A stretch of 60,137 nucleotides of DNA, filler included, from Ionaspis alba (GCA_964255285.1; 8 parts of 8 records of this genome joined end to end with filler, not necessarily neighbours in it); one strand, 5' to 3'. Shown: positions 12,289 through 26,072, counted from the first letter of the whole stretch. Translations and numbers: made by a program. Notes: a model not told the origin generated them from the letters alone.

Positions 12289-14648
12289 TACAAGAATAGA
12301 AAAGAGCTGTAGGCAGCTATGTGGTATCATGAGCGGAGCCATTGACTAGGCGATCAGCTCGCAGCATAGCGGTCGAAGTCATCTGCCTAGTCTTACATAA
12401 ACTTGGACCGTGAATCAGAACTCTCGTCATGCCAGTATCTCGTTCATCGTTGATAGTGGGATGGATGATACAACAATTTAGACTCTTCGTAAGGCCGACG
12501 TACACTACATCCTCGTAGCCCTTGTGCCATATGCGTAAAGACCCGAGGTCAGAACTCAGAACCGTGCACCCAACACGGCAGGACCAAAGCACCAAAAACC
12601 CGACCTCCTCCGCGGCAAATCCTATCTCTTCATCACAGCATCACTGTCACCGCCACAATATATCTCCAGCTTCTTTCCAACTCCCGCACCCAATTCCCAA
12701 CCACCGAAGCCCGTAAATTGCCACCTAGAACAAAGAAACACTAAATCCTCACCAACCATTAGCCAGCCATCCGCAACCTCAAAAACAATCGCAGGGCACG
12801 AAGCACGGTGGTATCAAATCTCAGAGACCCAGTTCTAAGCATCGACGGCCGCATATGTCGATGCAGCCATGCCTTTTCCGGCTCTTCCTAAGGCTGTATA
12901 TGGGTGTTTTCGTTCTCATCATAGTGGAGGGGTGGTGTGGAAGGAGGGACTCACCAGTTCGTCATGGTAGGCGTGCGGTGTTGTGGCACTTGCTGGATTT
13001 GTAGTTAATAGAGTATGTGATATGCTGTGGTCGTTTATGCTCAAGCAGATTTGAGCATAATTGCACTGGACTTTGATTATTGAGATTGGAGTTGGACTTT
13101 TGAATTTCTCTACGATAGCATTTCCGCTGAGCCCTACAGCCTTATGGCTCGGGATTTTCCAGTCTGCACAGCAATACCAAGCAAACCGCATTATCATCAC
13201 AATTTCAGCCGCAACAAATAGATTTAGGAGTATGTGAGGTGATTTTTGTTTCACTTCTTGTCGTAGAACTGGCTCTAAGCTTCAATCACCTCATGAATCA
13301 ATAAAATTGGTGGTCATCGGAACCATAAGATTTAATTTAATGCCTGTTGAATCAGGCGGAATCTCGGGCCACGCATGGAAAGATGGGCTGAGGCTCAACC
13401 ACACAGCATTATTGGCAGGGCTACACTCGGATGTCACTATATCCCGCACCGATGGACAAAGGAGTGATACTCACAAGCCTGCAAGGTTGAAAGCTTGAAG
13501 AATGGAGAACGGCGCTTCCACAAAGGCTGAGTTGATTAGTCAATATTCTTGATGGATTCGGAAGGCTTGGGCCGCAGTGCTTGATTTGTAAGCCGCTGCG
13601 ATATTGTGAAGGATTGCCCCGATGCGGAGAGAACATGGAGCCGCTGACTGGAAGCTTCGTGCGGCACATTTCGATGGTTACAGATGCTCCCTGTCACTCG
13701 ACCTATTATTTGGGGGGAGCAGGAAATGGAGCATTGGGGGCCATCGGATGAGGATCTTTGCCGGGGTTACCGGCTTGCTAAATCTCCTCAAGACTTGAGG
13801 CTTTAGGTAGATGAACTGCTTACACGGCCTGATTGCGGGAACTTACCCGACTGCTCTTGTATCTAGGTTCCAGGGACCGAAAAGGATTCATCTTTTGTGG
13901 TCTGCCAAGGTATCATGCGCTGTTCGGCTTTGATCGAAATGAGAACGTTTGACTAGAATATCCTCCACGGCTGATCAGATTAAGAGCATCATCTGATACT
14001 GATGTGACGGCTTCTGAGAGGCTACTGCCGTTTGACCTTTCTGGAACCGGACATGTATTGTGACACTGTTGCTCTAGTGCCCGATACTTCAAATATAGCC
14101 TTTCAAGTGTACATATATGCCGTACAATTCACAGGCTTTTTTTTATCCACGCATTGCGCTTTGCCATTGATCATGCATACGACACGCTTGTCCAAACATT
14201 CCTTCTTGTTTAGCATTATTTGGAGATCTCTCTAGTCCGGGCTCAAAACCGCCAAAGCCTGTTCTAAATCTCCAGCGTGGCAAGAGCCCTGACTAGGTTC
14301 GGATCAGGTGAAGACTCATGCAGTAAAGCACCAATGGATCTCGTACTATATGATAGGAAACACTCTTCCCACCACACTCTTCCCGACCTTGATGGGAGGA
14401 GGATGAAGTAGAAGCTCCGTGTACAGATGAAGGTGATGAAGATATGTGTGTCTAGGTGGGATCATTTGAGGCGGGAAGAGGTGTGCCTTGGCTCTGGTCT
14501 AAGGATCCTGTAGGATTACAATGCCTTAAGCTTGCGACGTGCTTTATTTGGCTTCAGACTCATTTGTTCCACAGAAGAGATAGGACAAGACATAATTTTT
14601 GTTGCATATCTATATGCATGGTGTCTGACACTGTTTACACTGCTACCT

Positions 14649-14735
14649 GGCTTGGTGGTACAGCGGCGAGTATCATCGGAAACCTGTCCGTTTTCCGAAA
14701 CGGATAGGTTGTGGGTTCGAAACCCACGCAGGCCT
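14649..14735 (+). ncRNA. tRNA-like Pol III element (tRNA pseudogene or SINE head)
   Basis: Acceptor stem GGCTTG/CAGGCC, D-arm GTAC-AGCGGCGA-GTAT (A box), AGGTT variable region, and T-arm GTGGG-TTCGAAA-CCCAC (B box). The anticodon arm is aberrant. Confidence 0.6.
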
Positions 14736-15036
14736 TGCCGACAAATTGAATAATAATTAATTTATTTCGCTGAATCTGGTACGGGGAAAGCGGGGTAATA
14801 CATTATTATTATCAAATACAACAACAAGACTTTTAGAGGCTAACCAAAATAAAATAAAAATTCAATTATCTGGGAAATTACAAACGAAGATGATTCTTCG
14901 TTGTCATAACAATCGATTTAAAACAGAGACCTTATTGAGCAAGTACGTTTTTCGTCAATTTAAAACGATTAAACTCAAAAGGGTGATTGGTGCAAGTCCA
15001 ATATTACAATATTTAGCTTTGTAAAGCAAGTGCACA

Positions 15037-15136
15037 NNNNNNNNNNNNNNNNNNNNNNNNNNNNNNNNNNNNNNNNNNNNTTAATTAATTAANNNNNNNN
15101 NNNNNNNNNNNNNNNNNNNNNNNNNNNNNNNNNNNN
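15037..15136. other. Artificial scaffold linker
   Basis: 44N-TTAATTAATTAA-44N. Confidence 0.98.
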
Positions 15137-16601
15137 CCCCCGCCCTCTTCCTCCCCAACCTCTCACACCACTCCTCCGCACTAACAATAGTCCCATTAAC
15201 AACACCACTAACCTGAGCCATCATATCCAGCCCCTCCTTCGCCAGCACCACCACCTTCTGCGCCCCCGACACAACCTCAGGCGTCTTCTCCCCCTTCTCG
15301 TCGCCATTCGCACTCCCATTAGCCGAAGACTCGCTAGTCGCAGCAATGCGGAAACGCTGCGGCAAGCTGGTAAGATGGCGCCGAACAAGGATGCGGGCGT
15401 TATCCGGGAGCGAGCCCCCGGCGTACTTGGAGACGATGTCGACGACGTTTTTGAGGGTTTGGAGACACTCGCCTTTGAGGGCTTGCAGGTGCTGGGTAAG
15501 GGTTGCTTCGTCGCGAGCCGGTGGTCTAGAGACCTCTTGACCCGCGTCACCGTTTTCGGCCATCGAGTCGTTGTTAGTGGGTTGATGCGAGCGATCCCAT
15601 TCATCGAGGACGTTTTGCAGGGAGAGTAGAACGCGATTCAGGTGGGTGTTCGCCCAGCGCAGCCAGGATAGACAGTATTTGAGGCTGCGAAGCGATTCTT
15701 CGCTCATGGCGACGCCGAGCCCGGATGTCGACATCATGAGGCGGCTTTGCCAAGTGCGGCTTCTCGGGGAGGTCATGTCGTGGCGGGGGCGTTGGGGTTG
15801 AGAAACGGAGTTGTGCTCTTCGTAGCGAGGAGAGCGCTGGTCGTCGTAGGCTGGGAGAGTCTCATTGAGGGAGAGCTCAGGTGGGAGGCGTTGAGAATTC
15901 GGCTGCAAGGTCACTTGTCGTAGGCCTTGTTCAACGTCTAGTTCTCGCTCGTGATCGTTGTTCATCCGCCGCCGCTTGTGCCGCCCTTCGGCCATGCCGT
16001 TCGAGTCACTACGCTGGAGCCACCACCGCACACCGGTCTCGACACCACTTATACGACCTGCTGTCCCGACGGTGCTTGCGACTGGGGAGGCGATGTTACG
16101 TTCAACGAATTCGGCTCCTTGGCGGAAGCGCGGTGAATAGGATTTTGAGGACGAGTAGGCGGATAGAGAGCCATTGATAGCAGTAGATAGGAGAGGATGC
16201 TGTGATGTGAGAAGCGAGAGTAGTGGTTCAGGTTGCTGCTGGGATTCATCCGAGCTCTGTAGCGCTGGATCAATCTTCACGGGTAGATTCGAAGCAGCGC
16301 GTGTAGGCGATTGCATAAAATCTAAAGCTCATCAGTCAAAAGGTCGCCGAGAATGAAATACCAATATGATTATACCTGCGCGCAGACCTTCCAAAGCTTG
16401 AGCAGCTTCAATATCGTCCATTGACAAGGCGCTGGTAGCCCTGCTATGTCGATCAATGGGGCTCACGACATTGTCCAAGTCCATTGTGTTGATTTTATCG
16501 GGCTGGGTAGGAGATTCCAAGGAATCTTTCGGCACTGAAGGCCATGCCTCGTACGGTGGCACGGGTGTAGTCGTCGTTCCTAGCTCTGCTTGAGTTTCCA
16601 T
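15137..16601 (-). CDS. OPI1: Opi1-family transcriptional repressor (ccg-8-like), 3'-truncated
   Basis: DIEAAQALEGL, WQSRLMMSTSGLGVAMSEESLRSLKYCL, VSKYAGGSLPDNAR and LAKEGLDMM; one intron near 16323-16375. Confidence 0.88.
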
Positions 16602-17342
16602 CGTGGTGTAGAGAAGGATCTATCCTGCGCTGACGGGGTGCGGGTCGGTATTAGTAGACAAGGAAGCGAAGGGTTTTTCACATGTAGAAGCTAGTCATTA
16701 TAAGCAAATTGTGGAGTAATCGCAATCAACGGCCGCCGTGAGGATGTTGGGATGTTGCGATATTTTGCAGGTGAAAGAGAGGAAGGTGAAGAGGACGTTA
16801 GTTAAGCATGTGATAGTGACGAAGTGCCGATGCGGGCTATACCGATAAAAGACTAGTTCGTGGAGCACATGCAATCTCTTGCAAGCATTAAATTGGATGC
16901 TCGAATTAAGCATTTGCTTATGATAGCACGTCCAGATCTTGGGAACGCCATGACCAAATTTTCAATGTTTACTAGCCTCCACCTTGCACTCGGGACAGAA
17001 ACACTCCCACAACACAGGTTCGAAGCCTGTGTCACCACACTTGATTTAATTCCGGAATCTTGCACGTGAAATGGATCAATTGAATTTCATGTCAATGGGT
17101 GCTCCAACTCTCGAATCACAAGACAATCGCAGTGTCTCATTCCTCCTACCACCCACCAAGAACGTTCTCCACGAAGCATCTAAAGTCCTTACCCTGCAGC
17201 GTCCCCCAGTTCCATACCTGTCCACATAAAGTCACCCTCCGGAGACATTCCTACGTGCCGAAGATGCCACGATCCCATCCATCCAGCGCCAATTGAACCC
17301 CTAAGATATCACATGAAGAATCGAGAAAGAGCGCTGGGTATC

Positions 17343-19017
17343 TTAGAATACGGTGCCGTCCGAAAGTATCATGATGGGCGGCTCTTTTGTAATTGGCCGT
17401 GAAAATTCCGCCAATTCTCTCCCACCCTGTCACGCATGTGTTAGCAATTGTTCCTCATTTCTCTGCTGGAAATAACACCCTCACCTTCCACGTCCCAGCC
17501 TCAAGCATCTGTGCTAGCGTTAAGCCATCTCTCCTATCAAGACCCAAAAGCCTATTGACCTCCCCGAGAAGCTCATCAAGAAACCCCACCGTCACAGCTC
17601 TCCACTCCACAATCACATCGTCATTAGCCGTAAAAAGCGGAACAACTTCCATACTGGGTTGCCCCTTCAACCGCGCATTCTCCTTGTAGGCTTTCAAACC
17701 CCGCTGCATATCCGCATCTTTCAAGACCAGCAATCCAGTGTCGATGAGCAAGCCTCCGTTCCTGTACTCAGGGAGGCCGGTCAGAAGCTCGCTTCCTGCG
17801 AAATGGATGTGAAGGAGTTTGGACATTGGCGCCATTAGGGAGTATGCGAGCCATTGCGTGAGCTTGTGGAAGGGTACTATGGTTTCCCATGGTTGAGCGG
17901 GTGGCGAAGCGGGCATTGATTTGCAGGGCCAGGCATCTCCTAACGGAGTACCTGCTATGGAAGTTCTCGAAGAGGGCCATATTGGGGCGAGACCGTCCAT
18001 CAAGACGTCCCATAGTGTGGGTATTGGCACGATCGGTACGGAAGAAGCAAGTGTCGAGGGATGAGAGATCAGGTAGTCTAGTGAAGCAGGCAAGAGGTTA
18101 GCTCAAGAGAATCATCAGCTAGATGCTTCACTGACCTAACATATTGCCAGGCCTTGCGTCAACTCCGAAATAACGCATATTGCCGAGCGCATCTCCCAGC
18201 CTAGACAATAGTCCTGCCCGTCCTTCCAGCCCTGCCAAAGGGTTGTTATCAGAGACTTGTAGCCCTTTTGCCAATTGCTGAACCGTAAGTCGTCTCAACC
18301 CCGCACCGTCGACCTGACAGGGCTGATCAGGATTGCTGCTGAAGGCGCCAACCTTGAACATCTCGAGACTGGCGACTGCGAGGCCTTCACTCCGTCGATA
18401 GAGTCTGCCAGACTCTTTCGACTTGTAAGACCATTGACTCCCTGATCCGGCGTCAAGGAGAACGGAGACAAGGAACAGATCAATCAGGCGCCGGGTCCGT
18501 TCTTGGTTGTCGACAGCCAAGGGCCATGTCGCAAGCAATTGGTCTATTCGAGGCCTGCCGCCAACCTCGAAGTGTTGCCATCTGCCGTGAGCTGGGATGG
18601 AAAGGTAGTCCGGCGCGTAGTCTCTCTAACGAGCACTTGTCAGCTTCTTGTAAGAAGGCATGTATAGTCAGGCCCTACCTTGATTATGGAGACTACATAA
18701 GCGGCCGTCTCCTCATATTTGCGCATATCCACCTTGAAATGGGCCAATCGATCTTTCTTCGCCAATTCGAACATGAGCTTTGTTCTTTCCCGCACGGCGT
18801 AGATACTCCTCAAGTAAGTAGCGGGGTCAAGACTCGGGTCCGGTGGGCGTGGTAATGTGACATCTGGTAGTGAGGGTGATGAACCGAAGGTTGAACCATT
18901 CGTGCGCCTGGCTGAAAGGGGAGACTTCATGGCAGCAGAGTTTCTGGCACTGTTGGAAGTAGTGGACTCGCTGTCGGCATTGGATGTCCTTGAACTCTTG
19001 CGATTGAATAGACCCAT
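17343..19017 (-). CDS. URC4: Uracil catabolism protein 4 / Urg3 (DUF1688)
   Basis: YLRSIYAVRER, DLFLVSVLLDAGSG, RSEGLAVAS, PFHKLTQWL and LTGLPEYRNGGL; last exon GGRELAEFSRP...SDGTVF*. Confidence 0.9.
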
Positions 19018-19180
19018 GGTGAGCTTGAAGCTTCAGCTGAAGCGTCTTCAAGAGCCAGATGAGAGTGAGTTTTGAGAGAGATTTCTAAGAAGCTTCGTAA
19101 CAAGGAGTGATCCCACAACCAAGGGTGATGGTTTTCAAGAGCAGGACATGAGAAGCCTGGAGCTCAAGACGATAAGGAGG

Positions 19181-19280
19181 NNNNNNNNNNNNNNNNNNNN
19201 NNNNNNNNNNNNNNNNNNNNNNNNNNNNNNNNNNNNNNNNNNNNNNNNNNNNNNNNNNNNNNNNNNNNNNNNNNNNNNNN
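19181..19280. other. Internal scaffold gap (100 N)
   Basis: Plain N run without the linker motif. Confidence 0.95.
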
Positions 19281-20426
19281 AAGGTACGAATCCTCGAGAT
19301 GATAGGGTCAGGGTTCAATGAAGCCGGCAGGAGTTTGGTAAGCTCGGGGAAGGTGCCACAACCGGCTGTTCCAATCAATTGGTTTGGGCCCGGGAGATCA
19401 ACAACGGTACAGATGAAAAGAGCTCTGCAATCTCTCTTCTTCCCATGGAGGATTGTCAAGATTGCTAGCTACTGCAATTGAAGCAAGAAGAGTATAGTTG
19501 TGCTAGACTATTGTGTTGTCCAGGTGGATGAAGACGGACGAGAACAAAGGAAAGCAAGGGGCACGTAGATAAGTCAAGGTATCGAATTCCAGATGGTCCA
19601 TCAACGCTCCAAAGAAAGCTCCTGCCAATCTCTTCTAGAAGGGTCGAGACACGACGCACTAGTCGTTCCGTGGAGCGCTCTTGTCAATTGAGTTTATTTC
19701 GCGGGACATTTAGGAGCCGTTAGTGAAGAACTCCCCGCAAGGGATACCCGTCGCACCCACCTATCTCTTCCTCCCTTTCCCCTGTCTTCAGCGTGCCTCC
19801 CCTACCGTTGGCTGCTTTCACCCGCCATGCATGCTGCAGGAGGCCGCTCGGTTCCCTCTACACTACTACGGCAGTTGCTACCACCCATCCGATCCTGTCT
19901 AGTTGGAACAGACATGGACTTTTCGATAGGTATTGGATCGACCTCCTTGGATCATCCATATCATCGCCCATTTCTCAGCGTCTATGCTTGCTCTCTATGC
20001 CTGTACAGAATGGTTGAACAAGATCTATCTCCCTCTCCTTGAAGCATTATGGAGGTCGCCTCGCTGTATCCCGAGTGTTGGAGAGATCGGCAGCTTTGCA
20101 CATGGCCTCCATGCAGTTCTCATCCACCGTGCTACTCCACGTGGGCACCAATCCTGTTCATGCAAAGGCCAAAACGAACATTTGTCATTCGTGATTTTCC
20201 CGCACGAATAGTTAACGATGGCTGAGTGAAGATGCTGTATTGGGTCGTCTAAATACGGGCCGGGGAATTCGGAAGGAGATGCGAGAGCGTCCGCATCTGA
20301 AGGCCACCTCATTCCTTCCCCCTGATCCTCCACTATTGTGAGGATCTAGAAGCCAACTGGATCCTTACCTATTCCCCGATGCCTATGCATTGTAAAGTCA
20401 TACGATTCACGAGTCCGCGTTCACAG

Positions 20427-20526
20427 NNNNNNNNNNNNNNNNNNNNNNNNNNNNNNNNNNNNNNNNNNNNNNNNNNNNNNNNNNNNNNNNNNNNNNNNNN
20501 NNNNNNNNNNNNNNNNNNNNNNNNNN
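20427..20526. other. Internal scaffold gap (100 N)
   Basis: Plain N run. Confidence 0.95.
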
Positions 20527-20732
20527 TCGCTAAATTTCTTGGGAAATCGTGGCATGTTCACCCGAGCTTCCTGTCACGTTGTGACAAAGAAACAAAATGA
20601 CGCTGCCTGGTACCTGGAAGATTGTTGGGAAAAGGTAATCATGACTGCAGGAATGAAGGGCCTCATATTACCTTCAGGTCTACAATATCAAATAAATTTC
20701 AACAAACTCTTAAGCCACCGCATTCCTCCAAT

Positions 20733-22592
20733 ATGGACGATCTAGTTGGTCTGGATTGGGGCTCAACAAGTGCTCAATCCACGAACAAGACCCAGCCTTC
20801 GAATAATAGCAACTACTATCCTGTCTTACGCCCTACACCCCCCATATCAGGAAGGTCAACGCCGGCTGCTCCGAGCTCTACGAAGCCGCCGCCTACAGCC
20901 TCCAGCAAACCTATTGCTCCTGGCCAACCCTCCACATCTGCCTCTACCAATGACAGTTTCGCCAATCTCATCCCATTCAACTCCTTGCAATCTACCAAAG
21001 ATCTCTCATTACAAGACCAGCAAAGACTGCTGCAAGAACAACGCGCAAAGCAGGAGCTGGACCGGCGAAAAGAGTTGGATAAACACTTTGGGTCGCTGGA
21101 CAATGCCCACCATTTTCAGACTGAGAAGGGGAGGGCCACACAGGACAGAGTCGTTTCGCCGCCGACATATAGTGGAACGAATGAGTATGGAGGTCCAAAA
21201 TTGTCAACAGCGATCAACAAGCCATTTGCAGCTATAGGTAGGGCACCAATTGGAGGACCAAGACGACAAGTATCGGAAACAGAGGATGATCTATTAGCTG
21301 CTTTCGATTTCGCCGCGCCAGTCGACAGATCGAGCAACTATCCTGTCCCAGCTGCAACACTCGATGTACCGACTACGGACGGAAAAGGAGAAACTAACGG
21401 GCACGGTTCTGTGGAACTGGAAGATGACCCATTTGGATTGGGCATAGCTCCAGCTTCTAAAACATCGAAGGCAAAACCTCCGACAGAACAGGAAGTCGAA
21501 GATGATGACGTTCTAGGCTTACTAGGTAGACCCGTTTCGGATATACGATCGCCAAACATTCGGAGTCCAAGTCCACCTCACTCTGAGCCAACAAATCCTG
21601 CTCTGCCTCAAGACAGAGCCATTGCTGAATTGGTGGATATGGGCTTCCCGGCAGACAAATCAACAGTAGCTTTACAGGCAACAGAGTCGGGCGTAGATGT
21701 TCAAGCTGCCGTTGGGTTCTTATTGAACCAAGCTCATGAAGACTCTCGGAGAAAGTCTCCCGCTTCAGAGGCAAGAAGCAGCGAACAATCCCAAATACCA
21801 GAAAGAAAACCGAGAACGAAGGCTACCCGAACCAACAGCTCCGAGGCTGATGTTTCTATACCAGCCTGGATGAGACAGCAGAGCCGTTCCAACTCCACTC
21901 AGCGGCGGGAAGACAGCAGATCGCCGGCGTATGGAGACAAGGACCCTGCCAAGCTTGCTGCAGAACTTGGAAGCAATTTGTTTAAAACGGCAAACTCATT
22001 GTGGAAGACAGGAACGAAGAAACTGAATCAAGCGGTTTCAGAGTTCAACTCGGATAGTGATTCAAGTCAACCTAAATGGATGCGAGAGGTACAGACCGAA
22101 CGTCAAGAACCCAGAACAAGGCAGCCAAGACGAGTATCAGGTTCCCGACGTGATGAAGAAGCTGCAGACATAGTTCGAAAGACATCTCCATCTCTTACAA
22201 AATCATCGAACATCACAGATGAAGCGATGATGCTCGAGTCAGGAGACGGACGACCACGACCTCCGAAGAGATCACAGCCCGCTAGGCCAGAACCTAGAGT
22301 GATCCACAGTTCAGATAACTCCAGAGACCCGTCTCCAGCAGTCTCGCCAGGCATACGCAATTCGTCCACTTCTCGACCAAGATTCTTACAGCAGCAACAG
22401 CCCATTGCCCAGGGCCGGTCCAAGCTCAACCGGCAAGCAGTCGAGGCGGAGAGTATGCAAGCGTACGTGAGTTCTGCAAGACGGAGGAAACCACCCGCAA
22501 AACCACAGTCACCAGAACCCGACCTCCTCTTCAACGCCGATCAACAAACCAAAGCATCTTCAAAATCTCAACCTCCCTCATCCCTCCCATCC
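20733..22592 (+). CDS. SWA2: Auxilin-like (Swa2-type) UBA-domain protein, 3'-truncated
   Basis: MDDLVGLDW start, DSFANL, EDDPFGL, UBA-like AELVDMGFP...DVQAAVGFLL and LFKTANSLWKTG. The expected TPR/J domains lie beyond the scaffold end. Confidence 0.72.
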
Positions 22593-22692
22593 NNNNNNNN
22601 NNNNNNNNNNNNNNNNNNNNNNNNNNNNNNNNNNNNTTAATTAATTAANNNNNNNNNNNNNNNNNNNNNNNNNNNNNNNNNNNNNNNNNNNN
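22593..22692. other. Artificial scaffold linker
   Basis: 44N-TTAATTAATTAA-44N. Confidence 0.98.
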
Positions 22693-23199
22693 TTCCTTTC
22701 CCACCAATGCCTCCTCTGCCCCCTTCTCCTCCCTTACCTTCCTCCCCTCCACCCTCCTAACATACCTCCTCCTAATCTTCTCCCTCCTCTTCTCCACCTC
22801 TCTCGAGCACAACTCCTCTCTCGTCATCAACCGCGGCCTCTCCTCAATCGGCGGTCCAAACGGCGCCAGAATCTCCGTCGCCACGTGTTTTATATGCCGC
22901 GCGCATTTCCAGGGGGCGAGGCGCACGATGTCGCCTGTGCGGAGGGAGGAGGTGGGGTCGGAGACGAGGTGTGTGCTTTCGGTGCGGAAGTGCTATGGTG
23001 AGCGTCAGCGAGGCATTGACCGGGAACAGTGATGAGGAGGGTGATGTGGAGAGGAGAAAGGAAACGGGAAAGGAAAGGGGGAGGGGGGTACTTTTTTCAG
23101 GAAATGGTCGTATTGTTGGCTGACTGTGCGGACTTTGACGGCTTTTTGCATACGTCCGGCGGAGACGACGACGGCGGTGAGATTCGAGGGGGGACGCAT
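22693..23199 (-). CDS. MRPS17: Mitochondrial ribosomal protein uS17m, 3'-truncated
   Basis: VVVSAGRMQKAVKVR...YDHFLKK | intron | HFRTESTHLVSDPTSSLRTGDIVRL...KHVATEILAPFGPPIEERP. Confidence 0.85.
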
Positions 23200-24307
23200 C
23201 TTGCGCTGGGAGATGTAATTTTGGTGCAGAGATAGAGAGCGGATTTTGAGTTGCGATTGGTAGGGGAATGGTTCTTCCGGCTTGGTGAGGATGAGGATGA
23301 AGTGGCCGGATGGATGTAATGCAGGAGAAAGATTGAGGTTTCAGTCCCGCTGGCTATAGAGAATTTAGGACTGTCGCTGAGATGGTTTGGGCTGTCAACA
23401 ATGTGTTCGAGGAAAATGATATTGTCGAGTTTCGAGGGTCGTGATGTTTGCATCATTTGCTGGCATCCGCTGTGTTTCGCTCTCAGAAAAAGTTAGGAGG
23501 CCCTTACGAGAGACCAAGTGATAGTGAAATAATTCCAATCTAGCTCGTTCAATTGACTACTCTCCGAGCGGGTTTTGACTTGAAAGTAACCAACTAGTTG
23601 TATTCGATGCAACGCAGATTTTTGTCTTTTATTACGTGTGTGTAGCGGTACAAGGAGGATATCGATATATATATTTCCCAGTTCTTACCATCTACAGTAT
23701 TTCTCGCGGTTCATTGTCCCCATCTCATGGAGGCATGTCGTGTATCCATTGTGTCATAGCACTCCTCTACGACTGTTTTTAGTTAGGCGCCCTTCAGCAT
23801 CTCCTATCAATTCTCGTACCATCTCCTTTGCTCCCCAAGCAAGTCCATGTCCACAACAAAAATATAGAGTTCACTCAGGAGGAGGGGACTACGAAGCCAG
23901 CTCAATAAGCACAACAAAACAAGTACTTCAGTCCAGACAATATCGGAAACGCTTCTGAATGGACATACCAATGTGGTTTATCAGAAACGACTCCGTTCAC
24001 GAACTTGTCCAAACAATGTATTTATTACCAACTTGAAAATCACTAACCGTCCTGTGTTTTGGGCATGAAAACATGCTTATTCAAAAATCGGATGGAAACA
24101 TGGCCAAAGACACCCGACTCATCAACCTCACCGACCTCGAGTATTGGAGAGCCAACGCCTCCCCTGGTATGCAAATTCCCGCTTCCAAATGTGATAGCTC
24201 ACAGTTCCAGATCCGCTTCCTGCCTTTGCGGCCCCGCCTGGAACCAGCAACCGTGAACTCCCAGTCAAATATTTTATATGACCAAACCGTGCGGTAGAAA
24301 AACCACC

Positions 24308-26072
24308 TCAATCAATCTCCCACGACCCCCCAATATCCGGCGCCTTCCTCGTCCTGGCTGGCGGCACAACCCCGAGCGATATCCCGTAGTCATCCTCTTC
24401 CCACGCATCCCTCGCACTGTCATCCGCATCGAATTGCCACGTACAAGGGATGTCCTGCAAGTTATTTCCTTCTGTGAAAGATGGGCCCCGAAGAGTGCCG
24501 TTCGCTATCCTGGCAGCAATGTTGAGCATTAGCGCTACAAGCTGGATGGGCGGCCCTAGAAGTAGGGAACAGGTCTTGTGCAATATGGCAGAGGTCAGGT
24601 GGTGGCCTGACATGCGCGTCCGCGGCGTGTAGAGGTTTGCGGGTGATGGTAGAGGCGAGTGAGCTCGTCGTCGGTTTGGTCGTTGACGGAGAGCGGTTCT
24701 TGGGGAGGTTGTGATGGCTTCGGACCAGAGGTCGTCGCCTTGCGATGCGGTGTCGTTGGTCAGGGCGGGTGTTTCCATATTGATCGGTGTGGAAGGGTTG
24801 TCAGGTGCTAGCCATCGGGGTGTTTCTTCGTTATCTTCAATTTCGAGGTCCGAAGCCTTCACGGTCAGGTCTGAAAGTTCTCGTCGATGCTGTCTTGTTC
24901 GGGGGCGGGTAAGACTAAGGTCGATGTCTGATCTTGGGGGCGAATAGGACGGATCGGAGTATGGTGGAGATGGTGGGAGAGGTGATATGGGACTGTGGAA
25001 AGAGTGGAAGGAATGGAATGAGTCGATGCTGGAGGCGATGCTTGCACTATCCGGGATGTCTTTGTCTTTCGATATCATGTCTGATCTGTCGATAGTACTA
25101 TTCGATGGAGGCGTTGTCTTCAGTGTTAATTGGGGAGGTGCTGTGATTGCTCGACTGCCATTGAGTGCTCTAGGGCGGGTAGGGGTCTTGAGGATGTCGA
25201 GAGCTATACTATTGGCTTCATCGGGCTCGGCTTCGGGCTCTGGGGACAGAAGATCATTGGATGTATGACCGCTGTGCTCGTCATCCGTATTCTCAATACT
25301 TCCAATGTCCGATGCCACTCCTATGTCCTCCTCGATACCATCCAAGTCCGGGGATGTGACCTCCGCTAACGGCGTAGGCCGCGGTTTTGGTCTCCACGGA
25401 CGCTTGAGTGGGGGGCTTTCCGGAGGTGGAGGCAAATCCACAGTAAACCCTCGTTTGAAGGGACATGGTGTAAGCTCATACAGGAGGACCTTCGCAAGAA
25501 CCTCCTTGAGCTCCTCTGCCTTTTGCTTGTCCTCGGACGAATTGTTGGGAAGCTCGATGCGGTAAAACGTATCAGGCCTGATACGGAGAACAAACTTGGT
25601 CTCCCCATCGACACACCAGCATTGTGATTTTCGAAAGAGGGTTTGACACACTTCACCTGAGCCGAGATATGTGCCGATACCAGGCAGTCGATATAGACAG
25701 ATTAACCCTATCAGAGTTAGAATCATCCGACTGCAACTGACAACAAAAAGCGTAATGGAGTCTACCAGCTGCAAGTGTTGTTTCGGTGTGAGAACCCCAA
25801 GGTAACGTCCCTATGGGCTCTCTATCAACCGTCCTCTCTCCACGTGCATTCGGCCGCGAAGTCAAAGGAGGGCTGAAAGAGACGATTTTGCCAGCGGTAT
25901 GGGAGTATAGAATCTCGTTCGTCTCTGGGTTTGGTCGGCCACCGAGATTTCGAGATCTGGCAGGCTCACTGAGTTTTGGAGGCAACGTGAATCGCCGTTT
26001 CAACATTGGAGCGTCACTAAGAGCCTCTGGGGTCGAGGGGGCGGTCAAGCTGGCCATCGTCATCGAGGCCAT
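24308..26072 (-). CDS. INP1: Inheritance of peroxisomes protein 1 (Inp1) family
   Basis: GKIVSF, GTLPW..TETTLAAG, SQCWCVDGETKFVLRI and YRIELP; one intron. Confidence 0.8.

Noticed and set aside
12317..14600. Short ORFs downstream of the PTH11-like gene
   Set aside because: No domain signatures; consistent with chance ORFs in intergenic DNA.
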